Source: Tubiluchus corallicola (Eukaryota > Animalia > Priapulida). From it: a DNA stretch of 64,000 nt. Of this stretch, positions 38,845-48,568 are shown one piece after another. The notes beneath the pieces were generated by a model. That model saw nothing but the letters and a program-made list of their open reading frames with translations, was not told the DNA's origin and did no database searches. Where the stretch lies: positions 1 through 64,000 of the forward strand of contig JAQGDQ010000397.1 in NCBI GenBank assembly GCA_030141605.1. The letters are read 5' to 3'. How positions within the stretch are numbered: position 1 is the stretch's first letter; every line of letters begins with the position of its first letter. The translations under genes and the position numbers were made by a program.

Positions 38845-40266
38845 CTACTTTCCAGGTTTTCTAGAAAACCCTGTAGTGTTAAACTTGCCATTGACCACAT
38901 GAGGGTGAAAATATGTTTCCTCCTCCAGTCCCAAGACGATATTATTGACCGCCTCCACTCCTTGCATCATGCTATGATCTTGGTTCCCCACCTCGTATTT
39001 CCAGCCACCAAAACGTCCCCGAGAGTAGATTCCCATTTTTTTCAGAAGTGGCTGGACGGTGTCCAAAAACTTTGTGCGCGTAAGAAATGGTGTTGGATAG
39101 CCGTACTCCAGTCGTTTGTGCCACTTGCTGATAATATTGTCGTTTGGAGATATTAGACCGACGTTTATGGCTCCATCTATTGCCGCTTGTACGATGTCAC
39201 AGTGAACAGGCTTGACCTCTGTTTCACATATTTCAAACAATAAAGACCACTGTTCCCCTGGTTTTGGCACCGTATGTGGAGAATAGTTGGACAAAATTGT
39301 CACCCTGTAAAACTCACAGTTATCTTCAGGAAAATAAAGCCAGCACTTATTGGACAGGTGGTTTGGTACCTTCCCCTCTAGACCTAGTCCCACAATGTGG
39401 GTTGACGAATGCCATGGAATGTCCTTTTGCTCTTTCAGAACTGGTAGGTATCGACTATCTCCTTGAAGTTTGTCTGTTAATAAGTCCAGTGGCATTGTGT
39501 TGATTATATAACCGTAGGGCATTTCTTCACCTGATTTCATTGTTATACGTTTGTTTTCAACATCAATCACATGAACTTCCTCGTTTAACCGACGGTTGTC
39601 ATCAGGAAGAGAATCGTAAACTTGCTGCCATATTGCACCAGTTCCCCCAAACAGCGGAAACCGAAACGTTGCATTCGGACCCCATGAAGCATCGTCTTTT
39701 TGATCATTGATGTTCTGGATGATTGACTTCACGTCAATCGTAGCCACCCGCTCCCCGACCCAGTCTGCCGTCATCGCAGTAGGTCTGTAGCCCCAAACTT
39801 TGTAATTGTATGGATTTAAAAATATTTTGGCTAAGCCGTAACCGAAATTCTTGTCTATCCAATCTTGAAACGTTTCAGGTTTAGGGCTGCGGTCTCGGTT
39901 GGCTTGTGCAGTGAATATGCCCTGTAAACAGTCGTTTAAATCCTGTTCTGGTAAGTAATGAATGTTTTTTTGAAAGGGATAGGGAACAAACTTGTTCCTG
40001 CACCAAATGTAACATTCACGTTTGTGAAGCAGCCAATCAGAGACGAATGTATCTAGGACGTCATTGAAGTACTGATAGTGTGAATAAATCACGTGACAGC
40101 CCATGTCCCAAACAAACCCATTTTGGTCGACTACTGAGGTAGCCAAGCCGCCAGCTGTATCACCTCGTTCCAGGATGACCCAGTCAGGATGGTCCAGTTC
40201 CTGGAGTTTGATTCCAGCACCTATGCCAGTTGGACCTGCACCGATCACTACTATCCTCTCATCCAT
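38845..40266 (-). CDS. glf: UDP-galactopyranose mutase (eukaryotic-type UGM, FAD-dependent), 473 aa, single coding exon
   Basis: GAGPTG FAD motif, GGLATS...GF.WD.G.HVI.SHY, VPYPFQ, PYN.KVW, W.GERVA, WGPNATFRFP..GGTG.IW, SSTH..G.G, KCWLYFPEDNC.FYR.T..SNYSP, GYPTP and SRGRFG.W.YEVGNQDHS.M.GVEAV are all collinear with fungal/trypanosomatid UGM. An in-frame TGA three codons upstream fixes the start. Confidence 0.96.
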   Translation of the reverse strand: MDERIVVIGAGPTGIGAGIKLQELDHPDWVILERGDTAGGLATSVVDQNGFVWDMGCHVIYSHYQYFNDVLDTFVSDWLLHKRECYIWCRNKFVPYPFQKNIHYLPEQDLNDCLQGIFTAQANRDRSPKPETFQDWIDKNFGYGLAKIFLNPYNYKVWGYRPTAMTADWVGERVATIDVKSIIQNINDQKDDASWGPNATFRFPLFGGTGAIWQQVYDSLPDDNRRLNEEVHVIDVENKRITMKSGEEMPYGYIINTMPLDLLTDKLQGDSRYLPVLKEQKDIPWHSSTHIVGLGLEGKVPNHLSNKCWLYFPEDNCEFYRVTILSNYSPHTVPKPGEQWSLLFEICETEVKPVHCDIVQAAIDGAINVGLISPNDNIISKWHKRLEYGYPTPFLTRTKFLDTVQPLLKKMGIYSRGRFGGWKYEVGNQDHSMMQGVEAVNNIVLGLEEETYFHPHVVNGKFNTTGFSRKPGK

Positions 40267-40284
40267 TCTGCGTCAGACGAAAAG

Positions 40285-40305
40285 CTGCCAAATAGAAAGA
40301 GAAAC
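40285..40305 (-). promoter_or_regulatory. Splice acceptor 18 nt upstream of the UGM ATG
   Basis: Reverse strand tttctctttctatttggcag|cttttcgtctgacgcagaATG. Confidence 0.7.
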
Positions 40306-41230
40306 ATTTTTCTGAGTTTGTTTAATTTTAGTCACCACAGTTTCTTATAAATACTGGGCATATGTGTAACATCGCTAAAGAACATAATATTGTATATTCA
40401 GCAATAGTTTAAATGCAGGGTTTTTTCATTAACTACTTATTGATACCCAATTCTCGCCTTCTCTAATTTCGGGTTGTATTTGTATTGTTGAATATAATAA
40501 TCCTAACTTCTGTTTAGTGTAAACGTCAGCTTCCGCGTGCTCTTGGTTAATGAAATAATTACATTCTGCGGGCACGTTTCAGATAATCCAGGTAAAAAAG
40601 TCAAGTGAAAAAATTACAGAAAACTTCACAGGAAAAAAACCACAAGAAAAAACAAATAATAATTCCAGCCAAAATTGTGACTTTTTCGTGACTTTTATAA
40701 ACAGTGTCTGACTTGTTTAAATAATTCGATTATCTATAAAGAGTTTATCTCGCTTTCGCTCAGGTAAGCTATATACAGAAAGTAATCCCTCGTTCATAAG
40801 ATTTTCAATCTCCTTACCAGACAATTTTAGCAACGACATTCATCTTGAAGAAAACTCTTAATCAGTAACTCCGAAAACATTGAACTAATTTCTTCAACAT
40901 CCAATGCTGACTATAAAGCAAGAAGGTGTAAAATCGTGCCGCGGCTGTAACGGAGTATGGTACATGATGCAAAATTGCTGCTATAAACTCAGGAAGCCAA
41001 CTTGTTGCCGCCAAAAATTCTTATGAATTGTTAATTCATCAAGCAAATTGTCGTTTGGTTCAACTTGAAAGCCTACTTACTATTCAATACATTCCTTAAA
41101 ATAATGACGCTTGATTTGAAACATTATGTTTTCGTAGTTCTGCCAGTGTGGTTCCTATTATTAGTTATTAATTTACCAAAATATAAACTAATGCATACGT
41201 AACAAATTTTTATTACAGGCACATAAAAAT

Positions 41231-41800
41231 ATAGCTAAAACAGCCCAACTTTATTACAAACTTTTACGTTAAAAACTTAAAAGTTAAAATATTCATCTTT
41301 GGTAAATTTACAAATATATAACCAGTTTGTACAGACAGAATCTATTTTGCACTAATAAAGTAGTTAACAGAAGCCAAGTAGAAAATGAATAAATAGACCA
41401 GTAAAGACTTTGAAACAGCAAACAGGAATTGAACTGCTTTGTACCTTAACAGAAGGCTCAGTTTTATTTCAGTACCAGTTCAATTCCTTTAACTTTATTT
41501 TCAAACACTTATCTCCTTATTACTGTGTTAATTTCTTTCCATCATGTCTGCTTAGTCATTACCTATTTGGCTTTTGTAAATACATAATTATTGTTTAAGT
41601 TGATGTATCAATTTCTTTACTGGCCTATTTATGTATTACATATATTAACTACTTTATTAGTGCATAATAGGTTCTTCCTATATATACTGGTTAGTATGTT
41701 TGCTACTGACGATAACAGCAGCAGCTTGTCGAAACGTTTGACATGACTTTTAAGTTTTTAATGTAAATTTTTTTTAATAAAGTTGTGTTGTTTTTAACTA
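41231..41800. mobile_element. Imperfect inverted repeat pair (about 41231-41408 versus 41613-41800) carrying a hammerhead-like core; Penelope-like pseudo-LTR remnant
   Basis: gcactaataaagtagttaa / ttaactactttattagtgc, aaaaacttaaaagt / acttttaagttttt and ccagtaaaga / tctttactgg. CTGACGA (41706-41712) ... GAAACGTT (41731-41738). Confidence 0.5.
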
Positions 41801-42308
41801 CATACGCAGCATATCTTTTAGTGGCTTACGTATATTGTTTGCAGATATTAGAAATAGTGCGCAGAAAATAAATGATATAGCATATATTTTTAGTTACATG
41901 AAGAAAATTTAGCTTGCGGTAATCTTTGTCCGACAGCACGCTTCGTTAAATTCTTGTTTTTGAGAAAGCAGAAATTTTTTTTTACCTCTTCATATTTAGT
42001 TTTCTACTGTTCTGACTCAAAGACATCTAATATCAATTTATGCACACAAATCATGACATGGGTGACTCTCTCCCCATGTACAGAAAATAAACTGACAATA
42101 CTGAAACCCCTGAGAAGGAAAACGTTTTTTTCAGTATTTGCATGTGGTATTACAGCTTTGACGTCATACGATCACTGAAATTTCTCAGCGAGGCTACATG
42201 GCGTCAAGTTTCTTCAAGATCTTTAGTTTATAAGTAATTTTTGGGAACAAATGTAAATTTTAATTAATAAAAGCACAAACTGCTGCGAAAAAAAAACAAA
42301 AAAGTCAA

Positions 42309-42317
42309 ACATACCTT
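42309..42317 (-). promoter_or_regulatory. Candidate splice donor of a non-coding 5' exon of UGM
   Basis: Reverse strand AAG|GTATGT (GT at 42314-42313), in non-repetitive sequence about 2 kb upstream of the acceptor. Confidence 0.35.
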
Positions 42318-42759
42318 ATTACGGTTTAGTCTCCTTATGAAGGTATTGTTGCGAGTCAGTATTGCTAGGCGTAAGCAGACAACATATACAAAAAGATTGT
42401 GGAAATCAACTTTATACACTCATCCTTACTAAAGTATTTGCTTTCCAAGACACTGTTCTTATGTAGCTCACTGACTGCAAAACGATGTGAATGACTGCAT
42501 GACTTCTGCGACAACGTCTACTCTGCAGTTATTCAAGCATTATGAAATTATAATTGCCAAAAGCTATAAGTTACATGAAGAAAAAAGGTAATTTTCTTCC
42601 ATTTATAGAAAGATGAATAAATAAATTAAAATAATTATATTTTAAATACATGCATGCAAATCTGTAAGCAGACAAATAATTTCACAAATTCAAATTGTCG
42701 GCTTTCTAATTAATATCGACATACCACAATTATTCTTTATAAATAAAAAAATCTTGCAA

Positions 42760-43410
42760 TGTAGAAAAATGCATAAAAATACCATAGTAGTGCGGAAAGT
42801 TATAGGTTGCTGGGTTTATGGCCTACTAAGTTAAACTATTTAACTATAATCATTTAATGTTTGTTTTACTAATATAACAAAGAATATAATATTCTTAATA
42901 TAAAATATAACAGTGGCGACGAATTTATGAACAAACTAAGACGTGTCTGCTGTAAACCAAAGAAACCGTAAGTTAGTCATCTATTGTTAAAATGGAAAAA
43001 ATTGTTATTCCAAAATTTGATTGCCTGTCTGACCCAGCAATTTTGGGCACACGCTGGCAAAGGTGGCTGACGTCATTTGAACTGTATGCGGAAGGACATA
43101 TCATCGGGAAAACACTGCTACAGCTGTACAACAGCAGAGACATGCGCTTTTGCTGCACTTAGCTGGCGCTGATGTGCAAGAGATATTTCGCCCGTTGCCA
43201 AACACAGGTGAAACCAACCACTACGTTGCCACAGTAAATGCTTTAAACTCTTACTTTGTACGGCAAATTAATCCTGCATTCGCTCGACAGAGTTTTCATC
43301 AGTTAAATCGGAAACAAGGAGAGACTGTACTTCAGTTTGTTATTCGTCTAAGGACTGCTGCGCGAAATTGCGACTTTTGGGCTGAGTCAGAATCTGAACC
43401 AGTTTCGTGA
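42760..43410 (+). mobile_element. Gypsy (Mag-like) 5' remnant: LTR end, PBS and frameshifted gag
   Basis: aatataaca then gTGGCGACGA at about 42912; ATG 42992 MEKIVIPKFDC...RWQRWLTSFELY; ALLLHLAGADVQEIF; FARQSF....RKQGETV.QFVIRLR.AA.NCDF. Confidence 0.8.
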
Positions 43411-43544
43411 AGCAGTTATGTGAGCACTAATGTTATTCTGAATATAACAACAAAATGCCCATTATTGATTTTGGTAAAGAGAAATTAAAAAAACCCAAGT
43501 TACCAAAGAACATAGAGAACATGCAAATTTACAGATTTAACTTT

Positions 43545-43935
43545 CTTACTAGTTTAACGACTCGACCACATCTTGTGATGATGACCTCAACAGAAACTCC
43601 ACAGGAGGTATAAAAGATCCCATTATATCCAAAGAGTCAACAGCAGGATTGACAAGATCAGCCATAGTCTTTGAAGGAACTTTATAGAGGCCTGCAAAGG
43701 TAACCCTTGGAAGTTCGTAGAGTAACAGAACGTACCAAACCGTCTTTGCCATAGTGTATTTCAGTCACCCTCACCAAAGGCCACTTCATGCGTAGAATAT
43801 TGTCTTCATGAATGAGTACAACAAAACCTACGTTAAATCCCCCTTTTGTTGTTTACTAACGGCAGGAGGAAGAGACAAATACGGTGAGCCCCAGAGAAAA
43901 GATTTGTATGGCGAAATTCTACAAAAAAACTTGCA
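43545..43935 (-). mobile_element. BEL/Pao DUF5641 C-terminal fragment
   Basis: NVGFVVLIHEDNILRMKWPLVRVTEIHYGKDGLVRSVTLRTSKG...RPL. Confidence 0.8.
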
Positions 43936-44903
43936 ACGATTAAATGTCTGGCTGAACTGTGCTGCAAGAGCTTGAAAAGCAATTTGTACTTGCATCATTT
44001 TCCACAAAATTTAGTGCTAGTGTACTGTGCTGGGTGTGGTGTGGTGTGTTTTGGTAAGGTGGTTGTGTTGTGGCATGGTGTGGTGCTGTGTTGTGGCACA
44101 ATGCGGTAGGTGTGGTGTGTGTCGGGCGGTGTGTGGTTGTTTGGTCTGGTTTAGGTTGTTGTTGTGAGTTCAGGCGCAATATTTTTGAGGGATTTCGCTA
44201 ATCTTATAATTAATGTAGGCGGTATATATACATATATAAATAGGTGTATGACTGACGAGCCTACAGCTCCAACAACAGCACCATTTTCGACTATGACTAC
44301 GTCATAGGAAAGTTCTCGATTTTCACCTGGGGTTTGTTTTCTCATTGGGGGTTTATTTCTCTAATGTCTATTTTTGTGGGTTTATTTTTCAAATCTGGTC
44401 CACTTGAGGTACAAAACTACACCTCTTATTTTCAGAGGTGCCTGTAATGCTTGCATAGCCTGTTTAGCGTTGAGTGTAGTAGGCCTATTTAAATATCAAT
44501 TAGGTCAAGTAGTAGGCGAAGGTTTTCCATGACGGGTGTTTGCCTACATTTTGTGGAAAACTGCACAAACAGTCTCTAGGAAATCTTGATTTGTGCAACT
44601 GTTTAGGCATGCTGAGAACAAATAAGCACACTCGCTAAAAAAAAAGACAAAACGATCTACAATTTGCTGAAGCTTTGTTAGCAGAGGTGTCCACTAGGCG
44701 ATAACCGAGGGGTGTATTTTGAAGTTCTTTTTCACCCTCCCCTTTTGTACTGCATGCTGTTTGGACTCATTGTCATTAAGTTTGAGAAATTACACAGCTA
44801 TTCAGACATTGTCTTCACCTGAAGTGCTAAAGTTTAATTGGTTTTACATGTAAGTTACATCTCTTAGCCCATTTACATCCCAGAAAAAATAACTAAATCT
44901 ATG

Positions 44904-46105
44904 TAGGGTGTCCATAAAGTCTGGGTACATAGTAAAACCAAATACTTTTTAAAAAACAATTTTATTCAATTTTGATGTTGCTAAATAATATTTTCAACAT
45001 GATTTCCGTCATTTTCAATGCATAATTTGATGCGCTATACAAAATTCATGTGAACTCGATGGAATAGATCCGCATTGCCGTCGATTTCAGCACACTGACT
45101 GGTAATGCGTTCTCTTAAATGGTTTAAATCTGTAATCTTCATCGAGTACACTTTCTCTTTTAGCACGCCCCAGAAAAAGAAGTCAAGGGGAGTAAGGTCT
45201 GGTGAACGAGGGGACCACTCTACATAACCTCTTCTTCCAATCCAGTGAGGAAAAGTGACATTCAGCCAATCTCTAACTGCTGTAGCAAAATGGGCAGGGG
45301 CCCCATCCTGCTGAAACCACTCCGGTAGGGCCTCACCTAGAAGCTCAATTTGAGGTATTAACCTACCTCTTAGCATGTTCAAATATGTCTCGCCCGTTAC
45401 ATGTTCATCAAAGAAGAATGGTCCTAACACGTGAGATTTCCACAAACCACACCATACCATTACCTTTTGGGCGCCTTGCTGTTTTGATGATTCCATCCAA
45501 TGGGGATTGCCTTCAGACCAGTATCGAAGATTCTGTCTGTTGACTTCACCATTTGTATAAAATATAGCTTCATCACTGAATAACACAAATTCTTTACTAA
45601 AATTGATATTTTCATCTAATTTACCTGAAAACCATTCGCACATCCTTCTATCGGGGTCGTCTTCATTTAAGTGATTTAATATTTGTAATAACCCTTATAT
45701 GGATGAAACCTTTCCTCTCCCAGGATTTTGTGAACTGTTGACCTTGGAATACTCTGAGGGTGGCCGACGAAGTGATTTCCTTGGGCTAGCATAAACCTTG
45801 GCCAAGACAGCCTCTCTCGTTCCGTCTAAAGTCTTGGGGCGTCCAGAACGAGGTTTGTCCAAGACACTGTCTGTTTCTTTAAACTTCTTGACCAATTTCC
45901 CGACGGCAGTAAAACAAATAGGTTGACGATTAGGGTGTCGAAGGTTCTTCCCCAATTTTACGATAAGACCATCCTTCTCGTCCACTTTAGAGTACCAAAT
46001 CGATTCTTTCTTCCTTAGACAAAGCCATTTTCTTTCTGAAGAGAAAAAATAACAACAAAAAAATAGTAAAATCCCCCATGTACCCAGACTTTATGGACAC
46101 ACATA
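44904..46105 (-). mobile_element. Full-length Tc1/mariner-superfamily transposon, rosa (DD41D)-like, with a disrupted transposase (ATG 46028)
   Basis: Perfect 23-bp TIRs gtgtccataaagtctgggtacat (44908-44930) / atgtacccagactttatggacac (46078-46100). FSDEAIF, NRQN.RYW, VMVWCG, GPFFF, WFQQDGAPAH, WIGR and SPDLTPLDFFFWG. Stop and frameshifts in the HTH region. Confidence 0.95.
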
Positions 46106-48568
46106 GCTACGCATTGTGGATCATTGGTAGACAGAGTTTTTGAATAGTTTTCTTGTAGTACACACGATCCTCTTCACCAAAACGGCGAACAAACTGACAT
46201 CAATAAAGAGTGCAAGTTTGCAAGATCAAAAACACATATTTTGTTCACTTTGTACACATAAATTTCTTCATTTCTACCAAGCAACAATTACTCGTCTTTT
46301 AGCTATGAGAGCTCTGACATAAGTGACAATCGATCTTTCTTATTTTTCTATGGGGTATCACTAATATTTTCTGTCAAAAAATCCCATTTATTCGTGTATA
46401 TTGACCTACATTTAAAAATATGTTCTTTCGTATAATCTGCAAATTGTCCAAATGAACATTTCAAATCTTCTTTATACGACTTTTAAAGATTTTCGTTTAG
46501 ATCAATCATGTTCAAACTTTCATCTCATCTAAACGACATTTTAACACATAGTCTTGCCTTTGAAAACTGTCGTTTTTTAGAAATCTTCATGTTTAGAAAA
46601 TTTTCATGTTCTCTGTGTTAATTTTAAGTTCTTTTTTGACAAATTAATTTCACTTCAATGTACTTCTTCCACTTAGACTTATTGACTAATTTATATCAAC
46701 TTCATTTAGGTCAATTTTGTATTTGTTCATGATATCTTAAATTTCAGATGATTTGTTAACATTTATTAATAATAACATTTATTAAAATTGTCACTTATTT
46801 GTACTCTTAAAACCTGCTTAGTCAACCTTTCGTCATTAATAAATGATAGTACATTAGTCATAAGTCATAAGTCATTTATTTCAAAGTTAGATATAAGTCA
46901 TTAATTTCTTATATTCTATTCTATATAATATAGGCCATGTTTGTATTTCAGCACGCCCCAATATTGTGTAGTGTTTTTTTGGCACAACATTTTTGATAAA
47001 ACATATCTTTGAATACTCTCAAACATATCTACTTCTGCTTGAGTGAGGTTAGACCAAGTCACTTATATAACATCACTTAAAATCAGAGAGATCTGGTTTG
47101 TATAAAATCACTTAACTCCGAGACTGGCTAATTTACGAGTCACGTTCCTAATACGAGCGGTTCTGAGTTTCAGAGGTTGGTTCAATCCAACGACGCAGAT
47201 GAAGTCCTGCCTTCAGAGTTCATTCCTGAGAGTCCTCCCCTTTTCAACTTCCAGACTTCGACTAGAAAGCCCCGACTCTCGCCGTGACCCTCCCCTGATG
47301 AAATCACTTGGTCATTTGATATGATACACCTCATGGCTGGTTATCTGAGTATTCTGACTTCTGAGCGCTTTGTCACCCCAACCATCTGGGCAGCTCGACT
47401 TTACAGGGCCTATACTTTTTACTGTCTGTATGACAGAGTCCTGGAATGCCACTGCTCCAAAATCCATGGACCTACTTTCACCACTCATTAAGCATTTACT
47501 AAATTAGCCAGCAGTCAGGTTCTTGGTTCACATGATCGAGCTCTGACAACAGTCCTCTCAATATATGAACAGTAGGATAACTGACCAAGTACCATCCTCG
47601 TCATTGCTCGTGGATACTGCTAACGACCTTCGAATTACATTCTACCATTTATTAATTTGCACCTGTCTCGGAGATACAGATCAATGTGGGCCAAACTTCT
47701 CTTAATTAATTCTTCTAATTATTTATAATTCTCATTGAAGTTACATCTCTATTTATCTATTAATTTATTTATGTACATTGTCAGGATGCTTTCATAACTA
47801 TTTTAAGTGGAAGGGAGAAGCTGAGTGAGTTCTCTGCCTAATACACTGAATAATATCGTTTTTGATTATGCGTATTCATTAACTGATTGTGTTTATTCCT
47901 TAATGAATAGTTTCATATTTCAAAATGAATTCATAACACGTATCAATACTGCTAATGGTGGTTCTTCAAACCCTCAACACTTTTTGGTGGGGACTGGCGT
48001 GCTACACGATGCAAGTGGCAGCTGGTAGCTAAAATTAGTGGCGGTGCTGCTTCAGAAAATTAGAAACGTCACATCACCTCCAAACAGCAAAGACGGGAAG
48101 CAAAACAATGCATTTTTTACTTTACAGTTGCAAAGCCAACTTTACCGTTGGTACTATTCAGAATTAAAGCTACAAATGTACTTCTGGTTGTATTTTATTC
48201 CTTTTCGAAATATTTTTCCGGCAAACATAAAACATTAATCTTTCGCTTTTGTGGGGTAGATGGTCCCACTAACAATTTCCAAAATGGGCCCCGCACTACC
48301 TAGCATCGGCGCTGTTTGAGTTCAATAATTTTGCAAACATGTACCTGAAATGTTATTGACCCTGTAACTATTCTTCATTACTCAGCATTAAAATCTGCGC
48401 TTACTCGACCAGAAACCTCTTAGGACGGGGTATATGCCTAATGTTCAACATTAGAATAAGCACCATAATTTTATAGTTGACTGTTTAATATAGCATGCTG
48501 TCATATTGTAATTATAGTTACACGTGGTGCTCATATAGTTGATTATTCTTTTAAATCTTAAAGTCGCA

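Noticed and set aside
38845-40266. Alternative annotation as protoporphyrinogen oxidase or amine oxidase
   Set aside because: Only the FAD fold is shared; the UGM-specific motifs (WGPNATFRFP, CWLYFPE, YEVGNQDHS) are all present.
47100-47700. GC-richer segment upstream of GT8, a possible exon or TE remnant
   Set aside because: No long ORF or recognisable motif.
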